From positions 248,001-312,000 of the forward strand of contig CP145418.1 of assembly GCA_036867785.1 (NCBI GenBank): a stretch of 64,000 bases of DNA. Direction: 5' to 3'. Positions 1-11,302 of this stretch are shown piece after piece. The stretch is from Plasmodiophora brassicae. Lineage: Eukaryota. The notes under the pieces are model-generated. The model saw only the letters and a program-made list of their open reading frames with translations, was not told the origin of the DNA and did no database searches. Each line of letters starts with the position of its first letter. The stretch's first letter is position 1. Position numbers and translations under genes: made by a program.

Positions 1-129
1 AGATCGGCGACCTGCCTGGCGCGCAAGTCGACTGCCATGACCCGTGTGTGGCCACTGGTCACGCCACGATGGCGCCCTACCGAATCAGTACAAAATCGAA
101 CCAGTAGAGTAACGAACAGGCGAACGTTA

Positions 130-1125
130 TTAGATCAGGTGAGCAGTGGCAGGGCAGGACAGCGTTTGGTCGATCGTCTCCTGGGAATCAATGTCGGCGA
201 ACTGGAAATCGTCGTCGATAGCGAAGCGCCTTGTCCGTTTCCAGACCGACAGCGTGTCGCGGCTCACAGGGAACGATGGCAGCGGAACGCGGAGGACCAT
301 GTGGAAACGGGCGTGAAGTTCCAGCTGGGCTTCCGGGCCGATCGATTTTCCCCAAGGGTTCTCCAGCATTGTGCTGCCCAGCATCTCCCCAACTAGTATC
401 ACCTAAAAACGAAGAATGTCAACGGACAAACGGAACCTGCATACAGATATCATTGCCGGACCGTATCGCCTCGATAAGTACGAAGGCAGTGCTCGGCAAG
501 AGAGTACTGCGCATCGTCTTCGAAGTCGTCAGGATAGCATAAGAACAACGCGCGATCAGCATGCTTCGATAAATCTTCAGGACCACCTTTCTCGATGCGG
601 GTCCAGTTCCCTGGGCGGCCAACAGTCTTGTCGTAGGCGATAGCATCGACACCATTATCGCGAAGCAGCCGCGCCCAGTAACCTGAACATATCAAGTGAG
701 ATTCATTCTGAAAGCGCCAACGATCTAGCACGGATATGACCTTTGCCAGCGCCAACTTCGACAATAGGAGCAAACTCGCGAATGATACGAATCGCGCGAT
801 CGTCAGGAATCGCCCAGGCGTACTTGTCCATCAGATCATCCAACGGCATGCTCGCGAATAGTTGTTCCCGTTCATAATCCGAAAGACTCGGTTTGAACAT
901 CATTTCGATCCCAGGAGTGGATCGCCGCCACTCTTCGAAGCGTTTCAGGAACTCGTTACCATCCAATGCTGGACCGCATTGACCAGCGGCTTTCTTTCGA
1001 CGTCGCTTAGGTTTTTCTCCATTATCGTTGCACCCATCGTTGTTACATGCACGTTTCTTGCGCTGGGCACGAATTCCCGCCACTTTAGCTCGCAAGCTCT
1101 CCACATTCAGGTCGTCATCGTCCAT
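130..1125 (-). CDS. SAM-dependent methyltransferase-like protein (3 exons)
   Basis: ORFs 703-1488, 450-773 and 130-402 join across two GT-AG introns. Motif YAWAIPDD...IVEVGAGKG|YWARLL is a class I methyltransferase glycine loop, followed by LFLCYP and ILVGE. Confidence 0.75.
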
Positions 1126-1312
1126 CGTCGTCCTCGGACTCCGCCACGGACGCCGTGAGCCCGCGACCAACAACAGTGTTGTCGAGCGCGCAACTACTAC
1201 CTGTCGAGGTCGGGCTTGCAGGAAGTCCAGCAACGGCACACGCCAAGGTTGTGTCCCGTGTATGACGGTCTGTCGTGGAAGGAGGGCGGGTCCTTTATTG
1301 AGCAAATGTGTT

Positions 1313-2133
1313 TCAACTAGATGAGCCGTTACTGCTGCCTCCGTTGTCACTGCCGTCACCGCAAAACTTATCGACGTCCAAGTCTGAGCCGGCAACCGAC
1401 TGAATGTTGTTCTTGCATTGAGCGATCTCGTCCTTCTTCTGGTTGTACTCGGGCGTGTCTTTTTTACCTGTCTTCTCCATGTCCTCACACTCCTTCTTTT
1501 TGGTCTTGACGGTCTCTTTCAGCTGATTGCAAACGTCCTGTTTCTGCTTGTCGAGGTGGGTAACATCAGTCTTCTTTTGTCCACTAGCGCTAGCCGACAT
1601 GCTTCCACCATTGCTCGTGCTGCTTCCGCTTCCGCTCCCGCCGCTGCTGCCCCCATAACTGCTGCTTTGACTGCCTCCGTTGCTTCCGCTGCTGCTACGT
1701 CCTCCACTGCTTCCTCCGCTACTGCCGCCACCATAGCTTCCACGGCCGCTGCTTCCACCTCCGCTGCCACCGTAGCTGCCACCGCTGCTGCTTCCGCCTC
1801 CGCTGCCACCGTAGCTGCCACCGCCGCTGCTTCCGCCTCCGCTGGCTCCATAGCTCCCACCGCTGCTGCTTCCACTGCCACTGCCACTCTTTCCACCGGC
1901 GCCACTGCCACTGCTGCCACCGCCACCGCTGCCTCCGCCACTGCCACCGCCGCCACCTGGAGCAACGTCGTCTTAGTGTCAAGTCATGCCGTAAGCAAAT
2001 AGCAAAGAGTACCTCCATAAGTAGCAAGTGCTAGAAAGCGGGGACGTTGCTGGGATCTGCTAAGGGCAATATGGGCGAGAACAGCGCCCATGGCGAATGC
2101 CAGTATCGCTTTGTTGATGAAACGCGTCGTCAT
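1313..2133 (-). CDS. Secreted Gly/Ser-rich protein with C-terminal 4-Cys domain, copy 1
   Basis: Signal-like MTTRFINKAILAFAMGAVLAHIALS, then RSQQRPRFLALATYG, an intron, GGS repeats, and QKKTDVTHLDKQKQDVCNQLKETVK...DVDKFC. Confidence 0.75.
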
Positions 2134-2541
2134 TGTCCGGGCTAGGCACACGTTTCTTGTATGGAGAACTCGTAGTGGGTGCCATCGACCATGATTGTCC
2201 CTTCGTTGACGTGAGTCACGCTGATGCCCGGACGTCATCATGTTGCATCAGACATTATGTGCAATGACGTTAACAGTACGCGAGGGATCCCCGTCACGTT
2301 TCGGAAGGTCATTGCAATTCCATGCATACCTCTTACCGGACGCGTTGTAATGATCAGATGCATGCACGACTTGAACTTTGACGAACTGAAGATGGTTACG
2401 CCTTATTGCGAACGTATCGAGACGCCTTCCGACGGCGTGTCTTATTGTTACCGAAGTGACAGGCGGTACCGCTTCACTCCCGATATGATTGGCCTTTTAC
2501 TGAGGAAAGTCTCCTGAGCTGGCGTCTCAACTCTCAGGACC

Positions 2542-2811
2542 TTAACTGCTGCCGTCATCATCGCAGAACCCGTCGACGTCCACATCTTGGCCGGCGACCG
2601 TCTGGATGTCTTCCTTGCATTTGGTGATCTCCTCTTGTTTCTGTTTGAACTCGGGCGTGTCCTTTTTGCCACCCTTCTCCAAATCATCGCACTCCTTCTG
2701 CTTGGCCTTGACGGTTTCCTTCAGTTCGTTGCACACATCCTGCCTCTGATGGTCCAGGTGCGATACATCTGTCCTTTTCTGCCCACCACTGCTGGACGCC
2801 GCGCCGACCTC

Positions 2812-2860
<49 letters not shown>

Positions 2861-3289
2861 CTGCTACTGCTGCCCCCATTCCTGCCTCCATAGCTTCCAC
2901 TTGAGCTTCCGATTGAGCTGCTGCCACTTGAGCTGCCGCTTGAGCTGCCGCCACTTGAGCTGCTACTACTGGAGGTTCCACCACTTGAGCTTCCCCCACT
3001 AGAGCTGTCACCACGATAACCGCCGCCGCTGGAGCTTCCTCCACTGGAACTACTTTCATAGCTTCCACTACCGCTGCTGTCACCACCGCCGTCTCCGCCA
3101 TTGCCGCCTCCGTTACCTAATTCGGTTATGAAGTAAGCTGGACAACCGTGGGAGACAATAGCAACACGAACCGTAGCCAGCCAGGGCGACGAAGCGGGGC
3201 CGATGGTAAGGTCTGCTGACAACAAGATGGGCGAGAACGGTGACAATGACGAGACCCACTATCGCTTTGTTGATGTGCCGTGTCGTCAT
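2542..3289 (-). CDS. Secreted Gly/Ser-rich protein with C-terminal 4-Cys domain, copy 2
   Basis: MTTRHINKAIVGLVIVTVLAHLVVSRPYHRPRFVALAGYG with an intron at the equivalent position, a Gly/Ser tract, then QKRTDVSHLDHQRQDVCNELKETVK...DVDGFC. Clearly paralogous to copy 1. Confidence 0.75.
2813..2859. repeat. (CTG)n/(AGC)n trinucleotide repeat encoding poly-Ser in copy 2
   Basis: About 15 perfect GCT units are visible. Confidence 0.9.
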
Positions 3290-3659
3290 GGTTCTCGTTG
3301 CACAATTCAGGAATGGTAGGTTCCAACGGCAGGTGTGGAGGCAACGTCGTTCCGCGAAATCCTGCCGTGACTCATGCGTTCATGCACTTTGTCGATCACA
3401 CCGGAAGTTCCGTGACGTCACGATGGACCTCTGTGTGCCGAGGTGACATTCTCTGTATTCCCGCAGCGCCCCGCGTTGCGTCTGGAGGTCGCGTCTTTTA
3501 GTACATAAGATCGTTAACGTCGGCAAACGAAGGTACCTTCATTCGCGTCGTTACTAGCTGGATGCCGTTCTGATAGTCGCAGACCGAGTAGTTCCTAATG
3601 TCTGTAGTGAATGCTGGTTTGGCGGTCCTCTTGCTGAAATTGCCTTTGGTCATGCGATA

Positions 3660-4097
3660 TGAATGGTCCTTTACTGAGGAGCGTTCTCGGAGCTGGAGGA
3701 AACTCAAGCTTGTATAATCATGACTGTCGACGTTGCTTGTAGCTTGGACCGCCATTGTCATTACTGGAGCTGCTTCCTTGGGTGTAGCTTACGCCGCTCC
3801 CTATCACGCGCGTAGTTCCCACCGTCGTCTCCTTCGTTTGGCTTGTTTTCACGGTCATTGTCTGCACTATCGCTTCCGCGGCCGCCGCTGCAGTAGTCTT
3901 TACCGTCACCACTGCCGCCGCGACTGCCTCCACCGTAACCTCCACCTCTACAGCACAACCATGGGTCTCAGAAGCAAAGCGTACCGTAAGAAGCAAGGGC
4001 GACGAAATGCAACCAATGGTGAAGTCTGCTGATGGTGAACTGGGCGGCGAGGATGGCCACAATGGCGAGCGCCAATGTCGCTGTGTCGCGTCAGTAT
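3660..4097 (-). pseudogene. Degenerate third copy of the Gly/Ser-rich secreted gene
   Basis: ATLALAIVAILAAQFTISRLHHWLHFVALASYG plus an intron and GGGYGGG match copies 1 and 2. The start-equivalent codon reads ATA and is out of frame with the signal region, and the 4-Cys domain is absent. The 3' flank (cctttactgagga) matches copy 2. Confidence 0.55.
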
Positions 4098-4520
4098 TGT
4101 TCAGGCTAGTTGCAGAATTCAAGAATAACCCGGTGGAGCGACCAGTGAAGCGAGCTCGCTTGCCCATAGGGATACCGTGCGATTCGTGAATCGCGCCCCA
4201 GTATACCGCATCGACGCAACGACATCCACGACTGCTCCACCGTACACGTTTCCGCTTACGTCACGCTGGATCCGTTATCGACTTATCGCTGGAAGCCGGC
4301 CCAGGTCCACGTCAGCGCGCCGCGTTCGACGAGCACGCAGCCCTTCCAGCCGCTCAGATTGGCGCCGGTGGACCGGATGTTCCGCCGATGCGGGCGGAGC
4401 CAGGAACGGGAATGCGGGGGGAGGATGATTTTTGGGTACCGTACCGGTAACGCAGTGCACTGGAGGAAGTCCGTGGGTGCCCCATCACCAGTGGCGGAAG
4501 TGCACACAATTCGGTTCGTC

Positions 4521-5153
4521 ATGCTGAAGCAGGTGGGGCAGAAGGCGGCGGTGGCCGCGGCGGCTGCAGCGGCGGCGACGGCGAGCGCTCCAACGGCGAT
4601 GGCGGAATGCGAGACGTTCGCGTCGTGGCAGCTCGTAGATGAAAGCAGTGACGACGATCTCAGCAAGGAGATGCGGATTTCGAGGCAGCTGTGGCGGGCA
4701 GCACCAGAGACGGCTCGGGACGCTGCCAGCGCTGCGGGTGCCTCGCATGCTGTATGTGAACGGACGACAGCTCGGGTCATCCACCATTTCTGCCGAGATG
4801 CATCGTTCAAGCAGTTCGTCATGGACGTCTACGATGAGGAGGCGCGAAAAGATATCCAATCCCGTGTTCCTACTCTTTACCTGGAGGCCGCTGACGACAA
4901 TAACGCTACGAACGGCACGAACGACAATCCTGTATCGTCTGAGTCGATTTTCGATCGGATGATGCGGTGGGCGCGAAACCTGGGCAACTCCGTCTTCCAA
5001 GGTGTCGTCTCTTTGGGCAGCATTATCCGAACCCTGTTGACGCCGATCGACGAGATCGACGACGGGAAGACGGCGACGCCGGAAAACGTCTTCTTCGGCG
5101 TGCTCGTTATTGTTGCTGCGCTCGGCTCGATTATCGCTCTCTGTGTGCACTAG
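4521..5153 (+). CDS. Hypothetical tail-anchored membrane protein
   Basis: Single long ORF with a C-terminal hydrophobic helix VFFGVLVIVAALGSIIALCVH. Start codon uncertain. Confidence 0.55.
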   Translation: MLKQVGQKAAVAAAAAAAATASAPTAMAECETFASWQLVDESSDDDLSKEMRISRQLWRAAPETARDAASAAGASHAVCERTTARVIHHFCRDASFKQFVMDVYDEEARKDIQSRVPTLYLEAADDNNATNGTNDNPVSSESIFDRMMRWARNLGNSVFQGVVSLGSIIRTLLTPIDEIDDGKTATPENVFFGVLVIVAALGSIIALCVH

Positions 5154-5379
5154 CTGTTCTTCATCCGCCGTCCATAGCTTGCTCTTTTATAAACAGATTA
5201 GGCGTTGTGTGCGTCGTCTGCTGCACGTTGCAATGGGATTCGTAACGCGTTGCCGCAACTGCAGCGCGGCGTGGCTGATGTAACACGTTGAGTGACGGTG
5301 GGCGCTGGGGGCGGAGTCGTAGTCATTTGGGAATTCGTCGTGCAGTCGACGAGTGGGAGGGATCGGGAGTGGGCTGTCG

Positions 5380-6429
5380 ATGGCGCCCACGTATCATGTC
5401 GAGCTGGCGAAATCGGGGCGCGGGCAATGCAAGCCCTGCGGGAAGCAGATCGCCAAAGGCGAGCCCAAGTTCGGTGTGTGCCCGCTGCGCGGGTTGTAAT
5501 GCAGTATCATGATACGGGACACGTGCTGTTCAGGATCGGGAAACGATGGCGACAGCATTGTGTGGTGGCGGTGTATACCTTGCGTTACGGCGCGGCAGTT
5601 ATCGTCTCTGGAGAAAATGATCGGGTCAATCGAAGCAGCCGACGGGTGGAACGCGATTCCAAGCGATATTCAAGCGTACATCAAGGATGCCTTCCTCAAT
5701 CGCAAGGCCATGGGCGATGTTCGTAAAAAGCGTATCCGTCCGACCCCGGCGTCATCTGGAGGCCTCAGTGTCCCAGTAAGACTTCGTACCAGGCTTCTGC
5801 AAGGATACTTTGTTGAACTTTGGTCGAAAGGCCGAAACTGTCGAATCTGAATTAGAGGACAAGACCGCCTCGCTAAAGAAGCAACCGTCTGTTCATGAGG
5901 CTAAACCAGTATGTCGTCTCGATGTTTCAGAATGACCTTGACCAGTAGGTGAATGGTGTAGGTTAACGATTCCCTTGCCAAGGAAGCAAAAGCGCACGAC
6001 GAGGCCGCGTTGGGGGCGAACCCTGTACGATTGTAATCCCGAACCAGCTAACTGCCTGCCTTACACGTGCTTCAGGTACCACAGGCTGATACCGCACGTC
6101 AGGAAAGCTCTCAGGCTGACAAACCCGTGTCGCCAACTTCTCCTCAAGCGAAGTTATCTGGCAAGCCCACCCACGCAAACCAAACTGGCAAATACTGCAA
6201 GTCAACGGTCTGCACGGCCGACTTGGTGCCAAGCTCCTCAAGCGCGCAATCTGCCAGGCATACATCCTGTACGACAGCTGGAGACGTAATTCTTGACTTC
6301 GCAAACCATGAACCTGTGCCGACGGGCCCTCCCAACACAAAACCGTCTGGAAAACCGGTGTCCATCAAGAAACCCCCTGGTAAACTTCCAAAGAAACGGA
6401 AGACGTCGAAGAGGGCGAGTACTGCCTGA
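5380..6429 (+). CDS. PARP-type zinc-finger protein with low-complexity basic tail
   Basis: Exon 1, not in the ORF track, reads MAPTYHVELAKSGRGQCKPCGKQIAKGEPKFG. After an intron at about 5474-5533 it continues ...WWRCIPC...DGWNAIPSDIQAYIK, matching the zf-PARP signature. Downstream exons are approximate. Confidence 0.75.
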
Positions 6430-6632
6430 ATCGCTGACCGCCGGATCACTCTCCGCCAATGTGTTGAAGCAAACAAACATTCGTCAAACGTGTAACTGTA
6501 TGGATCAGACAATTGACGAACGCGGGTCACCTCGGACGGCAGAACCGAACAAACAGGACGCACAGGACAGTGAACAGTGATGGATAGGTTCAGAGGTTCG
6601 TTGAACGTGGTAAATGAAAACGGGCGCATCGG

Positions 6633-7199
6633 CTAGTGACGACTGGACGATTTCGTGGATTGATGCTGGGCCAGCTTGGACACGTGCGCGTGGTACTCGA
6701 ACGCGGCGTTGGACGGGACATTGAGGACCTGCTTCAGGGTGTCTCGAATGCTCATTATGACGTCTTTGTCATCGGCCGACCGGTTCCACACCGAGATCAT
6801 GTCATCGTGCGTTTTGATGCTAACCACGACACCGCAGATCTCATCGCCGACCCTGAACTGGTCACCGAGCACGGCCAGGATCACATCCTCGAAGCAACGC
6901 GACGCAACACCTTTCCTCAGGTGGATCTCCCACTTTCCGCCTTTCTGATTGGCCTCATCCTCCCAGATCGGTCTGACCGAATCCTTGAACAGGTGGAAAT
7001 CGCAGTTGATCGTCATCGAGGACGGCCGAATAATCCAGCTGTAATACCTCCAGAACTCTTCGACCGTGCTGAACGTCGCCATCTTCACCAGGTGTTGCTG
7101 GTAGTTTTGCGCGAACACGTTCGATGTGCGCGGCGCCACCCACATCGCAAACGCATGCTTCAGGCGATGCTGCGACGGCGCCTCACCACGCGATGCCAT
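6633..7199 (-). CDS. EIF4E2: Translation initiation factor eIF4E family, class II (4EHP/nCBP-like), intronless
   Basis: HRLKHAFAMW...NYQQHL...FSTVEEFWRYY...DFHLFKDSVRPIWEDEANQKGGKW...GDEICGVVVS...ISVWN. Tyr and Phe replace class I Trp56 and Trp43. Confidence 0.9.
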   Translation of the reverse strand: MASRGEAPSQHRLKHAFAMWVAPRTSNVFAQNYQQHLVKMATFSTVEEFWRYYSWIIRPSSMTINCDFHLFKDSVRPIWEDEANQKGGKWEIHLRKGVASRCFEDVILAVLGDQFRVGDEICGVVVSIKTHDDMISVWNRSADDKDVIMSIRDTLKQVLNVPSNAAFEYHAHVSKLAQHQSTKSSSRH

Positions 7200-7605
7200 A
7201 CGGCCAGCACGCCCGTGACGGTCGATGGTACACGTCAATCGGCCCCCCTCCCACTGCCGTCGAGCGCGCGCCCCCTTTACCTTGATCCGGCCCAAGGGGA
7301 ACGCGCCTGCCTGACAGAAGGAGCGGTTTGGGTCGGCGCGCACTTTCCGCTCGGCGCACCGCGGCCCCTGCACACGGAAGAAGGCTGCTGCTTTGCTGCG
7401 CCATCGAGTCAACCTATGTACCTACATAGATCGCTATTGTTCTGCGCGCCCATGGCTTCCCGGTTCAATTACATCACGCGCGATCAGGCGCACTGGCTAG
7501 CTGGCGCACTGGCAATGCTCAAACAGGAAAGATATATTGGAAACGATTCAAGAACAAATTCGCACACGATGTATTTGAGATGTGTCGCCAGGCGGCCTGT
7601 GGCCG

Positions 7606-8296
7606 TCACATGAGTTGGCTTGCGTCGGAACGCGAGCCTATTCGGCCAGCTCGGGATGCTCGGCACTGAATTTTGCCCATTCCCGTGCGTAGCGTGCCTT
7701 GTCGGCCTCGGCCTTCGTCATGTACTCTTGCTTGACCGACTCGTCTGCGTCGCGCCACAGAGCCCCGAGAACTTTGCCTGAACGAGGGTCAGTCAGGAGA
7801 TCAACAGATTTGACAGGAGTCCCGAATTACCAAGTTCGCCCAGCGACATGTCCGGGTTATTTCCCTTCACTTCAGGGCGGTGCTCGTTGGAGAAAAGCAT
7901 GAACGGGGACAGCGCCTTCTTCGGCTTCTTAGGGATGGCATCCAACTCGGTATCGTACCGGGCGCGATCTTCTCCTGCCATCTTAACGTACGGGGCCTTG
8001 TCTTCGTCGGACAGGTCCTTCCACATCGCGCCAAGGAGTTTCCCGAGTTGGCCTGCCATGCTGTCAGTGAACACACGTCACCAGCATCGTAAAATTCCGG
8101 CCGTACCGAATGCAGCGTCAGGGTTCTCTTCCTTGACTTTCGGGCGCGCGTCCTTACTCCACAGCATGAAAGCGGACAACGGGCGCTTCGGTTTCCCAGT
8201 GTTGGTGTTCTTCTTCTTGCTGACCCTCTTCTTGATCGCTTTGACAGGCTTCGGGCTGGACTGCTCCGGATCGCTGTTTTCCGAACCGGCGGTCAT
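7606..8296 (-). CDS. HMG-box protein (two HMG boxes, 3 exons)
   Basis: KPKRPLSAFMLWSKDARPKVKEENP...LGAMWKDLSDEDKAPY and KPKKALSPFMLFSNEHRPEVK...LGALWR. Confidence 0.9.
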
Positions 8297-8563
8297 GGCT
8301 TGGGGGGTCGGCGGGATGCGGCGTGTCGGATAGCAGCGGACAGCGTTGGGCGCGCAAGCAGCCGAGAACCCAACACACGGAAGCAGCGAGGTTTGAAACT
8401 CCGTGGCACGCACTTTCTGGACACACTGCAGCCCGTACGGTAGAGGTCCGCACGCAGCTTACGTCCCGCAGCCGCTCTAACCTCGTCGTCCCAAGGAATT
8501 CGTTGACAGGGCTGTGTCCGTATATTGACATCATGGGAGAGCGAATGTGCTCAGGGGGGCATT

Positions 8564-9661
8564 TCAATGCCTGCCTGGCTTCTTGAGCGTGAAGAATCGC
8601 TTGAGTTTCAATGCGAACTGAGAACCACGGTTTGGCTTGGCCGCAGTGCTGTCGGTGACCACAGGGTCCAGGTCCGGGACCAGTTCACGCCCAACGTCGA
8701 CAGCAGGCGAGTCATGGGATGTGACGGGTTCGGCCTGATTGTCCGGGAGCGCGCGTACATGGATCTCGCCAGCCAACTCGCGTTTCGGCGTAACGTCGTC
8801 GGTATGTGTCTGATCCGTTCCGGTAGAATATTCGGCAGCAGCATGGTCGGAGTGAGGCGCTGATGACGAAGTCACTGACGAGGCAGCGCTGACGAGCGTA
8901 ACGCTGGTGGCAGGTTCGTTAATGACGGCACCATCCTCGCGTGAAGCCGCCTCAGCACGGTCGGAAGCCTCTTCCGAACCGACAGGCACAGGTTCCTCCT
9001 CGTCCTGCGAAACGACGTCCGAATCACAAGCAAGTGCTGAAACAAAGTCTTCCCCCGTCGAGTCATAGGAACCTTCAGCAGTGCCACTGCGTTCGTGAAT
9101 CTCCCCGACGTTACCCAGGCTCGACTGGGTTTGACTTTCGAGAGTGATAATTGTTTCACCCGCATTGACGATGTTGTACGTCCCGAGAGCCACCCACTCG
9201 CCGTCACTGTTCTTGAACTGGACGGAAACAGTTGTCGCAGAGTGCTCAGGTGTGCGATGACGAATTGAAATGCTGGCGACAACGACATCGGTGGCGAGCT
9301 TGGCGCTGATCCAGTACAGCCCAGAATCATCCGGGCGTCCACCCCAGCATGCCCAGTCCCATGCGGGATTGTCAGCGAATACAGGCTCGGGAGCGTAACC
9401 GTGCGGGGCGCCCGGCGGCACGCCTGACGCGGACACAGAGTCAACTGGAATAACGGAGCCATCGCCGTCGTGCAACTTCACTTGTCGGACGTCCCAGTAG
9501 GGCGGGCCGACCAGCTGGTCGCCGGCAACCAGGCGCCACTCGCGACTCGCGACGGGGAACGCGCCCGTGTAGGCGCCGCCGCCGTTTGCCAGGGTTGCCT
9601 CATGACTGGTGCACGCTAGCGCCAAGCCCAGGAAGAGAACGCCAAGAGCAGATCGTCGCAT
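8564..9661 (-). CDS. Secreted protein with galactose-binding/discoidin-like beta-sandwich and acidic tail
   Basis: Signal peptide MRRSALGVLFLGLALAC. Trp-rich region WRL...WDVRQVKL...WGG...WISAKLATDVVVASISIR...VSVQFKNSDGEW, then a D/E/S-rich tail. Intronless. Confidence 0.6.
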   Translation of the reverse strand: MRRSALGVLFLGLALACTSHEATLANGGGAYTGAFPVASREWRLVAGDQLVGPPYWDVRQVKLHDGDGSVIPVDSVSASGVPPGAPHGYAPEPVFADNPAWDWACWGGRPDDSGLYWISAKLATDVVVASISIRHRTPEHSATTVSVQFKNSDGEWVALGTYNIVNAGETIITLESQTQSSLGNVGEIHERSGTAEGSYDSTGEDFVSALACDSDVVSQDEEEPVPVGSEEASDRAEAASREDGAVINEPATSVTLVSAASSVTSSSAPHSDHAAAEYSTGTDQTHTDDVTPKRELAGEIHVRALPDNQAEPVTSHDSPAVDVGRELVPDLDPVVTDSTAAKPNRGSQFALKLKRFFTLKKPGRH

Positions 9662-10267
9662 CGATGTCCGCAAGTCGATGTGCGATAGCCGATAAGGCGG
9701 TAATGATGTGCGCCCGGGGACCGCGCACAGGCGGCGCCCAATTTGGACCGCCCCGCTCTCATCGACTGATCGGATCGTGTCCGCCAGACCAAATACATGC
9801 GCCAAAGGTACTGTCCGCAGACCACGGTTCAGGCGCCGCACCCAACCGCTCAGCGACATGTGCTGCTCGAAGAGAAACGGCGGGAGGTGCATTATCAGAA
9901 AGAAGTGGTTGAAGCAGCTAACGGGCATAACCTCGCAGAGGCATCGACCGGCATGTGGCGTTCACGCGGCCGCCAGCGTCGTCGGGTCGTCTGTCGTGCC
10001 GACGACGCAGCCTGGACCGTGTCGGACCCCCCTCCCCCCTCCATCCCGCACATTCTGCGTGTAACGTTAATCCCTAAAGGTATCGGACGCCCTTCTGAAC
10101 TCAGCATGCCGTCTGGTTGTCGCCATAAGTCGGTCGGGATGGGCGGCGGGACGTCGATCGGCGACAACGAGCGCCAGGACAGACTGAGGTAGACTGCGCG
10201 TTTTCCGCGTGTCTGTCGGGCACGCGCGCGGACTGTTTCTCTTCCTGTCAGCGGTGCCGTGTCGACG

Positions 10268-10864
10268 ATGGGGCGACCGCGCTTCTCCCGGGCCTGGATT
10301 GACCGTCTGCGTGCCCTCGACGGTGTCGTATACGTCAAGAAGCTACGTGGCGAGGACCTCACGGACGTGCGATTCTCTTCGATTACCAGCGACGGATATC
10401 GCGCCTATGTCGATAAAGTTGCCGAAATACCGGGTGATCCGACGCTCGATCCGCTCGTTGCGCCGCAAGCCGTATTCCTCCAGGGCGTTCCGATGGCTGC
10501 ACAGGCGGCGCGGATGCACGAAGCCTCCCAGATCATTGACGAAGCCCGTTTTTGGAGAGTTGATCACATTCAAGGCGGTGTGTTGCATTCGCGTACTTTG
10601 ACGCATGCGCAGCATTTTCAATGTTGAGTGATTTTCAACATAGGTGTGCCTCCGATTCCACTTCCAGTCAGGTCAGGAATCCCCCAGGGATCAGGCTTCC
10701 ATGTCCACCACGCCTCTGTCGCTGTTTCAGCCCTGAATCATGCGATTTGCAACCCAGGACCAGCTACGCCGGTTCTGTTGGCGCTCGCACAAGGCGACTA
10801 TATTTGCAGTCTGCTGCATGCATGGTCGAACGTCGTGTTCTCTTTCCCGCTGCACCGTCAGTGA
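10268..10864 (+). CDS. Hypothetical protein (2 exons)
   Basis: ORFs 10259-10627 and 10628-10864 can be joined by a GT-AG intron at about 10578-10643. No family recognised. Confidence 0.4.
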
Positions 10865-11302
10865 TGCGTGTCTGCCTAGTCTGCCATCAGTCCATGTGAA
10901 CATCGCCAGTATCTTAACATCTAACAGGATATTCCGTTTTATGACTGGGTTGAGCCCAGGAACTCGATGATTGGCCAGCGGTGGATGCGGTCATACTTGG
11001 CCGCCATGGTGGCGTGCTCGTCTGCATATGCCGTTGGAACGTTGATGGAATCCGCAACAGCGGCGCTCCTGTAATTAGGGCTCTGAAGTCCTCCGGCGTC
11101 TGGGTCTCGATTCCAATGATCAACAATCGCATACATGCACGTGACCAGCCCGCATATTGTGTACTGAAAACGAAACTAGGCAAACCCGGTATGGTCGGGG
11201 CACAACAACAGGACTGCAATATCGGCGAGCGCCTCGCAGGGCGCTGCGCTCCGTCACGCTGTTCTGCATCTTCAGGAGCATTCAGGGACCATCGCCGTAG
11301 TG

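Noticed and set aside
1418..2002. Ala/Thr-rich ORF on + strand and Ala/Val-rich ORF on - strand
   Set aside because: These are shadow frames of the GGS-encoding repeat in the secreted gene.
6636..7613. 325-aa ORF antisense to eIF4E
   Set aside because: It is a stop-poor antisense shadow caused by high GC3 codon usage and has no motifs.
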